A program made the translations under genes and the position numbers. Source: an uncultured Prolixibacteraceae bacterium (GTDB taxonomy: Bacteria; Bacteroidota; Bacteroidia; Bacteroidales; Prolixibacteraceae). From it: DNA of 47,651 nucleotides. Of the stretch, positions 1-8,190 are shown in pieces. The notes under the pieces were generated by a model. That model searched no databases and was not told where the DNA came from. It was given only the letters and a program-made list of their open reading frames with translations. Location of the stretch: positions 1-47,651 of the forward strand of contig CAYMXK010000001.1 of the NCBI GenBank assembly GCA_964393915.1, given 5' to 3'. Numbering within the stretch: the stretch's first letter is position 1; the number at the start of each line of letters is the position of its first letter.

Positions 1-1
1 A

Positions 2-658
2 AAAAGCCCTGCTGAAATGCTGGCCATAGTCGCGGAAAGGTTTCCGGGGAAGGCGGTATTTACTACCAGCTTTGGATACGAAGACCAGGCCATAAGTGAT
101 ATGATCTTCAGCAATGACCTGCCTGTAAGTGTGGTAACCCTCGACACAGGGCGTATGTTCGAAGAGACCTATAAAGTATGGCAGCGTACCCTCGAAAAAT
201 ATCAAAAACCGGTTATTCCCTTTTTTCCGGAATCGGAGGATGTGGAGAGCCTGCTCCGGGAAAAAGGTCCGTTAAGCTTTTATGAAAGTCTGGCCAACCG
301 CAAGGAGTGTTGCTTCATCAGAAAGGTGAAGCCACTTAACAGGGCACTCGGAGGTGCAGATTGCTGGATTACCGGACTTCGGGCCTCGCAATCGGAAGGG
401 CGCAGTGCACTGGACTATTTCATTTGGGATGAAGCCCACAATCTCATCAAATTCAATCCATTGCTCGACTGGAGCCTTGACCAGGTGATAGAATACATAC
501 ACAGGAACAACGTACCCTACAATGCGCTGCACGATAGGGGATTTGTCAGCATAGGATGCGAGCCCTGCACCAGGGCGATAAAACCGGGTGAAGACTTTCG
601 CGCCGGACGATGGTGGTGGGAACAGAATTCAGGCAAAGAGTGCGGACTGCATAAATAA
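2..658 (+). CDS. cysH: Adenylyl-sulfate/phosphoadenylyl-sulfate reductase (5' end probably outside the window)
   Basis: Motifs TSFG, LDTGRMF, ECCFIRKVKPL, WITGLR, SIGCEPCT and C-terminal ECGLH. CC plus CxxC indicates the 4Fe-4S APS-reductase type. The frame is open to the window edge. Confidence 0.93.
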   Translation, partial: KSPAEMLAIVAERFPGKAVFTTSFGYEDQAISDMIFSNDLPVSVVTLDTGRMFEETYKVWQRTLEKYQKPVIPFFPESEDVESLLREKGPLSFYESLANRKECCFIRKVKPLNRALGGADCWITGLRASQSEGRSALDYFIWDEAHNLIKFNPLLDWSLDQVIEYIHRNNVPYNALHDRGFVSIGCEPCTRAIKPGEDFRAGRWWWEQNSGKECGLHK

Positions 659-663
659 GGTCC

Positions 664-685
664 ATTTAACCGCGAAGAGCGCAAG
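664..685. repeat. Short fragment of the CGCAA-type intergenic repeat arm
   Basis: ATTTAACCGCGAAGAGCGCAAG resembles TTAACCGCGATGGACGCAAG at 2339 and TTAACCGCAATGGACGCAAG at 26177 and 31553. Confidence 0.55.
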
Positions 686-689
686 TCAT

Positions 690-2174
690 TTATGTCAATG
701 TAGCTTCGGCACGGTTTCCGGCAGCATCAACAGCAGTTACGAGAAGATTTTTGGCCCCCTCTGGGACTTCAATGGAGAACGGATCTTTCAGGAACAGCTG
801 CGGCTTGTGGGTGACCTCCCCGATTTTTTGCCCGTCGGCCACAACTTCGTATTTCACTATCGGATCATCACCAGCATAGGCAGTTTGCCAGGAAAGGAGG
901 TTCTTCCCTTCCACCTGTTTCTTCTGAAGAAGCCGGGGGGCTATCAAACCAACCTTTGCCATCTGGAAATAGTTGGTTTTACCCTCTTTGACTCCTGCTG
1001 CCAGCTGTTCGATCTTTTCCCTTTCATCCTGTGAAAGTCCGTTGGGTTCAATCTGGCAGGCATAATAATTTTGCACCATCTGGCATTTCATCGGATCCTC
1101 ATCAATCTGCCCGATCCCGATTATCAGCGTGTGGACACCCGGCGTGGTAAGCGAATATTCTATTAACGGACGGCTGGGTAGCCCTGGTTCACCCACTTTA
1201 CGGTATACATGCTCAGGTTTGTTCGACCAGGTGGCCTCCTTATGGTACATCGCAGCGTCAGCAAATGTTTTCATACCTATAATTCCCAACCCTTTGGCCT
1301 CGGCTACAGGTATTACGTTGTGCTGCATATTAAACATCAGCCTGTCGTTGGCATTGATGGCGATCAGCATTCCTTCCAGAATTCCCCACTCATCGCGCTG
1401 TATCATATCGATCATGGCAGGTGGATTGTTGTGTCCGGAGAATCCGATATGCCTGATCAGCTTTTCATTTTTTGGGTTCATTCCGGTAAGGTTGGTACCA
1501 TCACGCAAATCACGCAGGGCAACCAAAGCACCAAAATTTCCGTCAGGATCGAGAGGTGTTTCCAGTCCCTCGTACAAAGCATCAATTTCAGCAGTATTGT
1601 GAAGGGTATGGATCAGAACCATATCCAAATATGCGCCTTCAGGATAATTACCCTGGTTATCGCCAAAGATCTGGGTCAAGGAGCGCCGTACATCATCCAC
1701 AGCGCACTTTACCTCTTCACCGTTCGACCAGTTGCTGACATTTTCCCTTTGGGGCCAGCCCGGTTTTCCCCAGCGCATGGCAGTTTTACTGGTAAGCCAG
1801 ATGCTCCTGCGAAGCTCCTCGTTGTAACCCGATTCTCCGGGAATAAGATTCAACTGTTTGAACGCCTTGTTGAAATTAAGCTGACTGGGACCATACAGGT
1901 TGGAAGTGTCGTAATAGTTGATTCCCAGCTCGAAAGCCTTGAGGATAATCGGCACCGGATCAACATCCTCTGGAGTCCATTGAATGGAAGCCTGACCACC
2001 AAGTCCAAAAGTGGTAACCTGAAAATCATGCTTACCAAACTTCCTTTTCAGGGGAGCCGGTACTTTTTCGATATTGCAGCCGCCAATTGACATTAAAGAA
2101 ACACCTGCGGTTGTTGCAGCAGAAACCTTTATAAAATTCCTCCTGCTGATTTCAAATTTGCCCTGGTTTACCAT
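690..2174 (-). CDS. Tat-exported aldo/keto reductase with C-terminal beta-rich (Fn3-like) extension
   Basis: SRRNFIK Tat signal and possible lipobox IGGC. AKR motifs GLGG, YYDTSNLYG, TSK, LIH, IRHIGFSGH and GIIGMK. Tail contains W...YEV...VTAVDAAGN. Confidence 0.82.
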   Translation of the reverse strand: MVNQGKFEISRRNFIKVSAATTAGVSLMSIGGCNIEKVPAPLKRKFGKHDFQVTTFGLGGQASIQWTPEDVDPVPIILKAFELGINYYDTSNLYGPSQLNFNKAFKQLNLIPGESGYNEELRRSIWLTSKTAMRWGKPGWPQRENVSNWSNGEEVKCAVDDVRRSLTQIFGDNQGNYPEGAYLDMVLIHTLHNTAEIDALYEGLETPLDPDGNFGALVALRDLRDGTNLTGMNPKNEKLIRHIGFSGHNNPPAMIDMIQRDEWGILEGMLIAINANDRLMFNMQHNVIPVAEAKGLGIIGMKTFADAAMYHKEATWSNKPEHVYRKVGEPGLPSRPLIEYSLTTPGVHTLIIGIGQIDEDPMKCQMVQNYYACQIEPNGLSQDEREKIEQLAAGVKEGKTNYFQMAKVGLIAPRLLQKKQVEGKNLLSWQTAYAGDDPIVKYEVVADGQKIGEVTHKPQLFLKDPFSIEVPEGAKNLLVTAVDAAGNRAEATLT

Positions 2175-2228
2175 ATTTTTAAAATTTTCTTGTAAATATA
2201 ATAATATTCAGCCAGATACATATTTTTT

Positions 2229-2504
2229 AACCACAAAGCACACAAAGGAGACACAAAGGACCACAAAGAAATACAGTAAATTAAAAGGGAACAATAGATC
2301 GGAAACCTATACCGGCCTTTGCGAACCCTGCGGAAATTTTAACCGCGATGGACGCAAGGAAAAACCGCAATGAACGCAAAGAAATCTCTGCGAGACCTCG
2401 CCGTATTTTTTAACCTAATCTCTGTGGCTCTATGTGTCTTCTCCGTGGTTCTCTGTGGTAAAAATGCGCAGGCCTTTGCGAACCTTGCGGTTTAAATCTT
2501 AACC
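2229..2504. repeat. Mosaic palindromic intergenic repeat locus 1
   Basis: Four CACAAAG units, CGCAA-type arms in both orientations and a CTCTGTGG-type inverse arm. Modules are shared with 26176-26202 and 31552-31900, including a 28-bp exact match 2473-2500 = 31657-31684. Confidence 0.85.
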
Positions 2505-2512
2505 GGAAAAGT

Positions 2513-4117
2513 TTAAAGCTGCTTAAAGAAGTCGTTCCCTTTATCGTCAACAATAATAAATGCAGGGAAGTTCTCCACCCTGATCTTGCGAACAGCCTCC
2601 ATGCCCAGTTCCTCAAAATCGACTACCTCGACCGACTTGATGCTTTCCTTGGCAAGGATTGCGGCTGGCCCGCCAATGGATCCCAGATAGAAACCACCAT
2701 GTTTTTTACATGCATCGGTAACGGCCTGACTGCGGTTGCCCTTAGCCAGCATGATCATCGAGCCGCCGAGGCCCATAAACTGGTCCACATAAACATCCAT
2801 GCGGCCTGCCGTGGTTGGGCCAAAACTTCCTGAAGCCATGCCTATCGGGGTTTTTGCCGGACCTGCATAATATACCGGATGATTCTTGAAATATTCAGGC
2901 ATAGGTTTGCCCTCGTCAATCATTTGTTTGAGCTGCGCGTGGGCAATATCACGGGCTACAATGAGCGTACCGTTCAGGCTCAGCCGGGTCTTTACCGGAT
3001 ACTTGCTGAGTTCGGCAAGTATTTCACTCATTGGCCGGTCAAGATCAATCTCAACGGCAGGTTCGAGATGCGGTGCCTCCCTGGGCATATATTTGGCCGG
3101 ATTCTTCTCCAACTCCTCCAGAAAGATGCCTTCAGGGGTAATTTTTGCTTTGATATTACGGTCGGCACTACACGAAACACCCAGTCCGACGGGACAGGAG
3201 GCAGCATGCCTGGGCAGGCGGATCACCCTGACATCATGCACGAAGTATTTGCCGCCAAACTGAGCGCCTACACCTGATTCCCGGCAAATTTTTGTAATCT
3301 TCTCCTCCCATTCAAGATCGCGGAAAGCCTGGCCACCCTCGTTTCCTTCAGTTGGCAGATGATCGTAATAGCCGGCTGAAGCTTTTTTCACGGCAGTAAG
3401 CGTGGCCTCTGCCGAAGTACCGCCAATAACCAGGGCCAGGTGATAGGGCGGACAAGCCGAAGTACCCAGGTCCATGATCTTCTCCCTGACAAATTTGGAA
3501 AGGCTTTCCTCATTCAGCAATGATTTGGTTTGCTGGTAAAGGAATGTCTTGTTGCCTGAGCCTCCGCCTTTGGTAACAAACAGAAACTCATATTCGTTGC
3601 CCTGTGCGGCATAAATATCGATTTGCGCCGGAAGGTTGGTCCCGGTATTTTTTTCCTCGGTCATGCTGAATGGAACCACCATGGAATAGCGCAGGTTGCG
3701 GTCCCGGTAAGTTTCGAAAATTCCTTTAGAGAGATGTCTGGCATCATCTGCGCCGGTAAAAACATCCTCCCCCTTTTTTCCCATCACGATGGCAGTTCCG
3801 GTATCCTGACAGGTAGGCAATTCGCCTTCAGCAGAAATCACCTGGTTGAGCAGCATGGTATGCGCCACAAAACGGTCGTTGTCGGTCGCTTCAGGGTCCT
3901 GCAGGATATCGGCAAGTTTTTGCAGGTGTGAAGGCCTGAGGTAGAAGGAAACATCGGTAATTGCCTCCTTTGCCAGCAGCTCAAGACCTTCAGGAGCAAC
4001 CTTAAGAATATTCCGGCCATCCATTGAGACCACCGATACATAATCATTGGTAAGCAAACGGTAAGGTGTGGTATCCCTCAGAATGGGAAACGGTTTTTGG
4101 TAAGTAAATTCTGCCAT
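2513..4117 (-). CDS. fumA: Fumarate hydratase class I (Fe-S)
   Basis: Motifs [39 protein letters not shown] and GPTTAGRMD. Confidence 0.95.
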   Translation of the reverse strand: MAEFTYQKPFPILRDTTPYRLLTNDYVSVVSMDGRNILKVAPEGLELLAKEAITDVSFYLRPSHLQKLADILQDPEATDNDRFVAHTMLLNQVISAEGELPTCQDTGTAIVMGKKGEDVFTGADDARHLSKGIFETYRDRNLRYSMVVPFSMTEEKNTGTNLPAQIDIYAAQGNEYEFLFVTKGGGSGNKTFLYQQTKSLLNEESLSKFVREKIMDLGTSACPPYHLALVIGGTSAEATLTAVKKASAGYYDHLPTEGNEGGQAFRDLEWEEKITKICRESGVGAQFGGKYFVHDVRVIRLPRHAASCPVGLGVSCSADRNIKAKITPEGIFLEELEKNPAKYMPREAPHLEPAVEIDLDRPMSEILAELSKYPVKTRLSLNGTLIVARDIAHAQLKQMIDEGKPMPEYFKNHPVYYAGPAKTPIGMASGSFGPTTAGRMDVYVDQFMGLGGSMIMLAKGNRSQAVTDACKKHGGFYLGSIGGPAAILAKESIKSVEVVDFEELGMEAVRKIRVENFPAFIIVDDKGNDFFKQL

Positions 4118-4155
4118 AGCTGTATTGTGTTATAAAATAATATTAATGACGATTG

Positions 4156-4163
4156 CAAAGATA
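4156..4163 (-). promoter_or_regulatory. Bacteroidota sigma-A -7 element for the fumarase gene
   Basis: The reverse complement is TATCTTTG, matching TAnnTTTG, about 40 bp upstream of the start. Confidence 0.6.
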
Positions 4164-4348
4164 GGGAATTCGAATGGCAGCCACAATGTCAGAAGCAACC
4201 AGGATGGAAATTTCATTAATCTGTAATGTTCCAGGGGGTTCTACTCTGCTGTTGTGATACAAATTCCAAATCAGAAAACAGCACCTCCTGAAATAAGTGC
4301 GTGTTTTAAAAAAGTAATTTTTATTTTCGCACCCTTAAAACAAAATAC

Positions 4349-4732
4349 ATGGCAAAAGAATACACTGAGGAATTACTCATAGATTTTGGCACCGATGGGC
4401 AGAAGCTCCTTCCGGTTGTAACCCAGGATTTCTCTACCAGGGAAGTTTTGATCCTCTCTTTCGTCAACAGAGAGGCTTTCGAAGAAACCCGCAGGAGCGG
4501 ATATGCCACCTACTGGAGCCGTAGCCGCAATGAACTCTGGAAAAAGGGACTCACTTCAGGCGACATGCTGCGCATCGAGGAGATCAGGATCAATTGCGAG
4601 CAAAACTCTCTGCTGTACCTGGTTACCCCCGAAGGCAAGGGTGCCTGCCATGCAAAGAATGAGGCGGGCATGCCATTCAGCTCCTGCTACTACCGCAAAA
4701 TTACAGATACAAACACGTTAGAGAAAATATAA
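4349..4732 (+). CDS. hisI: Phosphoribosyl-AMP cyclohydrolase (monofunctional, no HisE domain)
   Basis: Motifs LLPVVTQD, YWSRSRNELWKKGLTSG, INCEQNSLL, ACH...SCYYR. Confidence 0.9.
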   Translation: MAKEYTEELLIDFGTDGQKLLPVVTQDFSTREVLILSFVNREAFEETRRSGYATYWSRSRNELWKKGLTSGDMLRIEEIRINCEQNSLLYLVTPEGKGACHAKNEAGMPFSSCYYRKITDTNTLEKI

Positions 4733-5778
4733 TGTACAGCGAAAAACTCATCATAGGAATGCCGGCCGGCTCATTGGCCAACGCTTCGAGGGGTGGCAAC
4801 CTTATTCAACTGCTGAACAATGCAGGATTTGAAACCAGAGGTTATGAAGATGGAGGTCCAACTAATTTCAAATCAATAAGTTATCTCTTCGGATGGGATG
4901 GCAGGCCACAGGAATTCGGTTCGCAACTGGGCATTCAGGAGCTTGATGTAGCCATTGCCGGAGCCGACTGGATCAAAGAAAGGGTGCTGGAGCTGAAGCT
5001 TGAATATAATACTGATATCGAAATTGAGGAGGTTTTGCCCCTTAACCGCGGTGGGGTTCGCATTGTGGGGATAGCGCCCGGTGACGCCCCCGACGATGTG
5101 AATGAATTATTCAAAAAGTTATGTCAAAACCAGAGTCTGATTACGGTAGTTGCCGAAATGCCCTACCTCGCCCTCAACTGGGTGCAGGAAAAACTCAAAG
5201 CTGTTGGCAGGTACGACGAATTCAGCAAATTCAGCGTTCAGAAATACAAAACCCCTCCAAAAATTAACAAAGGCGTAATTATATACGAGACCTGGGGGAA
5301 AACCGAAGCCAAAGTAAAAAACGGGGGTGCAGACCTGGGAATAGAAATCACGCAGTCGGGAAGTGCCATCCGCAATTACGGACTCAAAATCATCGATGAA
5401 ATAATGGTATCGCAGACAGGCATTTATATAAACCCTGTCTTGAAAACCGATCCCAAAAAGAGCGGCCTGCTGAAAATGTTCCTGCTGAACCTCTATGGCA
5501 GCGTAAACGCCGAACACAAGGTGATGATCCTCTTCAACGTTCCGAATGAATCGATTGACGAAATGCATGAGTACCTGAAGGAAAATAAGCTGTTTGCTGA
5601 TGAGCCCACTATTAATCTGGGCAAAACCCATGCTCAGTTCAGCATCCAGGTGGATACGAAAAAACACCATCTGCCTTTGGCCCAGATCCGTTTCGAGCTG
5701 GCGATGCGAAAGGCCGTGAATATCGATACGATCCCGATCGACTCATCCATTCCAAGTATTAATGTGCTGGGGTTCTAA
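4732..5778 (+). CDS. hisG: Divergent ATP phosphoribosyltransferase (HisG-like, long form)
   Basis: Motifs IGMPAGSL, RPQE, LDVAIAGADWIKE, TWGKTEAK, EITQSGSAIRNYGLKII and an ACT-like C-terminal domain (MILFNVP...EPT). Translationally coupled to hisI (TAATG). Confidence 0.7.
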   Translation: MYSEKLIIGMPAGSLANASRGGNLIQLLNNAGFETRGYEDGGPTNFKSISYLFGWDGRPQEFGSQLGIQELDVAIAGADWIKERVLELKLEYNTDIEIEEVLPLNRGGVRIVGIAPGDAPDDVNELFKKLCQNQSLITVVAEMPYLALNWVQEKLKAVGRYDEFSKFSVQKYKTPPKINKGVIIYETWGKTEAKVKNGGADLGIEITQSGSAIRNYGLKIIDEIMVSQTGIYINPVLKTDPKKSGLLKMFLLNLYGSVNAEHKVMILFNVPNESIDEMHEYLKENKLFADEPTINLGKTHAQFSIQVDTKKHHLPLAQIRFELAMRKAVNIDTIPIDSSIPSINVLGF

Positions 5779-5793
5779 CGACGAAATTATTAA

Positions 5794-5973
5794 CGATGCA
5801 TTAAGCCAGGGCGTTTCTTCCTGGGAACAACCATCATATGGAAACCCATATACGAAAGTGGCGGTCAAGCCACCCTTGCAGGAGGCATACCTACCAGTGA
5901 GGAGGCTTTAAAAGCATGGGACAACTGGGTATATCCCCTCCTCGTAGAATCTGACTGGCTGAAAACCGAATAA
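5794..5973 (+). pseudogene. Possible 3' gene remnant (start-less 60-codon frame)
   Basis: Open frame ...IWKPIYESGGQATLAGGIPTSEEALKAWDNWVYPLLVESDWLKTE* with no ATG, ending 20 bp before the GH97 start. Confidence 0.4.
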
Positions 5974-5993
5974 ATTAATTTAAAAAAAGATAT

Positions 5994-7883
5994 ATGAAAC
6001 AGTTAATAGTTTTAATCAGCTTATTCCAACTATTATCATGTGCCAGACAATCATCGGTTTCAGTTTTCAGTCCGGATGGTAGAACCGAAGTACAGATCGC
6101 TTTTGATGATTCTTCACAACTCGTTTATTCGGTATTTTTTGAAGATTCTGTTTTAATCCTGCCTTCATTGCTTGGATTTGAAATTGAAGGAGGACCGGTT
6201 TTGGGCAAAAACCCCGAAATTATTTCTTCCGAAAAAACCACAATAAACCAAACATGGAAACCGGTTTACGGCGAACGATCGGAGGTAAAAGACCATTTCA
6301 ACCAGGTGAATATCCGGTTCCGGGAAACCTCGCCTCCTCTGCGGGAATATGAAATGTCGTTCAGGGTTTACAATGAAGGAGTGGCATTCAACTATACTTT
6401 TTTAACCCACACGGGGAGAAATAAAATCACCCTGCAAAAAGAGCTGACCGAATTCCGGCTAACCGGAAATCAATACGCCTGGGTTTCAAACCGGGCGCAA
6501 TCGGAATACCGGAAAGTTACAGTCAGTGAAATTGAGCAGCCTGCTGAACGTCCATTGGTTATTGAAACCGGCAACCGGTTTCTGGCGCTTGGCGAGGCAA
6601 AACTTATCGATTTTTCACGCATGAAGTTTCTGGCAGGAGAACGGGAAAATTCGCTGGTTGCCTCGCTTCACGATGCACCAACCGTTGAGCTTCCCTATAC
6701 CACGCCCTGGCGCACCATTATGATTGGCCACTCACCAGGAGAATTGCTGGAAAATAATTTCTTATTCGAGAACTTGAACGATCCCTGTGCCATCGACGAT
6801 GTTTCGTGGATTAAACCGGGGAAAGTAATTCGGGAAGTGACCCTCACCACGCAGGGTGGTTTGGCCTGTGTGGATTTTGCCAAAGAAAACAATTTTAAGT
6901 ATGTTGAATTCGACGCCGGCTGGTATGGAAATGAATACGACGACGCCTCTGATGCAACCACCGTTACCGTTGATCCGAAACGGTCGCCCGGACCGCTCGA
7001 TTTGCACCGGGTTATTGAATATGCCGAAAGCAAAGGTATCGGGATTATTGTGTATGTAAACCGCCGCGCACTGGAAAAACAATTGGATGAGATTCTGCCG
7101 CTATACAAATCATGGGGTATAAAAGGCGTAAAATACGGGTTTGTGCAGGTGGGTTCTCAGGAGTGGACCGCCTGGCTGCACGAAGCAGTTAAAAAAGCAG
7201 CTGAAAACCAGCTTATGGTGGATATTCACGACGAATACCGGCCAACAGGTTTTTCACGAACGTATCCGAACCTGCTGACACAGGAGGGAATCCGTGGTGA
7301 CGAGGAAAGCCCTTCGAACGAACACACGCTGATCACCCTGTTTACGAGGATGCTGGCTGGCGCAGGCGACAACACCAATTGCTACTATGCTCCACGCGTA
7401 ACCGAAAAAATGGGCGGGCACGCGTCACAACTGGCAAAGGCCATGATGTTGTACAGCCCCTGGCAGTTTTTATACTGGTACGACCGTCCGCAGGGTTCGC
7501 CCGGCAGGACCGGCGGCGCTGGAAGTTCCCTTGGATTCATCCAAAACCACCCAGAGCTGGAGTTTTTCAAAAACATGCCCGTTGTTTGGGACGAAACCAA
7601 AGTGATTGAAGGCAAAATCGGAGAATATGCCACCATCGTCAGGAAAGCGGGTAGCGACTGGTTTTTAGGCTCACTTACCGGGAAAGCCGGCAAAACTGTT
7701 CAGTTTGATCTGGATTTTCTCGACCCAAATACCGGTTACGAGGCAGTCATCTATTCCCACGACCCTGGTTCGGAATCATCCACCAAAGTTAAAATTGAAA
7801 CACGGAAAGTGAATGCCAATTCGGTTTTAGAATTTGAGATAATGAAGAACTCCGGGCTGGCGGTGCATTTCAGGAAAATCTAA
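5994..7883 (+). CDS. Glycoside hydrolase family 97 lipoprotein (alpha-glucosidase/galactosidase-like)
   Basis: Lipobox LLSC. GH97 motifs SPDG, FRVYNEGVAF, TPWR, SWIKPGK, DAGWY, WGIKGVK, RPTGFSRTYPN...EGIRG, FTRMLAG and PVVWDET. Confidence 0.9.
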   Translation: MKQLIVLISLFQLLSCARQSSVSVFSPDGRTEVQIAFDDSSQLVYSVFFEDSVLILPSLLGFEIEGGPVLGKNPEIISSEKTTINQTWKPVYGERSEVKDHFNQVNIRFRETSPPLREYEMSFRVYNEGVAFNYTFLTHTGRNKITLQKELTEFRLTGNQYAWVSNRAQSEYRKVTVSEIEQPAERPLVIETGNRFLALGEAKLIDFSRMKFLAGERENSLVASLHDAPTVELPYTTPWRTIMIGHSPGELLENNFLFENLNDPCAIDDVSWIKPGKVIREVTLTTQGGLACVDFAKENNFKYVEFDAGWYGNEYDDASDATTVTVDPKRSPGPLDLHRVIEYAESKGIGIIVYVNRRALEKQLDEILPLYKSWGIKGVKYGFVQVGSQEWTAWLHEAVKKAAENQLMVDIHDEYRPTGFSRTYPNLLTQEGIRGDEESPSNEHTLITLFTRMLAGAGDNTNCYYAPRVTEKMGGHASQLAKAMMLYSPWQFLYWYDRPQGSPGRTGGAGSSLGFIQNHPELEFFKNMPVVWDETKVIEGKIGEYATIVRKAGSDWFLGSLTGKAGKTVQFDLDFLDPNTGYEAVIYSHDPGSESSTKVKIETRKVNANSVLEFEIMKNSGLAVHFRKI

Positions 7884-8190
7884 TAATTCCCCACTGGTTC
7901 TGGTTGAATCAGGCTGGTTTAAATTTTAAAGCTGAAGGAACGGTTAAAACACCGGAAATGATCAGGCCTATAAATACTCGTGAGGTTGTAGTTTCAATTG
8001 AAAAAACATTAAAGAAATCTATTCTCGCCAAGATGGGGAATATCGGCGCTTGGGCCAAACAACGATGACTTTGATCATGTAGCGGTCTCCAACGTATAGT
8101 CAAAAGAAGAAATGAAAAAAGTTCAACAAAAATGAAATCAGGTATCGAAAATAATTAGTTTTAGAGGCGAATAATCCATTATCAACCCAT

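Noticed and set aside
588..2090. Plus-strand ORFs 588-1034, 1129-1602 and 1209-2090
   Set aside because: Antisense shadows of the AKR gene with no recognisable motifs.
2229..2504. CRISPR array interpretation of the repeat loci (also 31552-31900)
   Set aside because: There is no constant repeat with regular unique spacers, the units are degenerate ~10-mers in inverted arms, and no cas genes are present.
2074..2616. ORFs 2074-2373 and 2410-2616 (also 31795-31992)
   Set aside because: They run through the repeat modules. The shared peptide NHREPRRRH-like simply reflects the repeat DNA.
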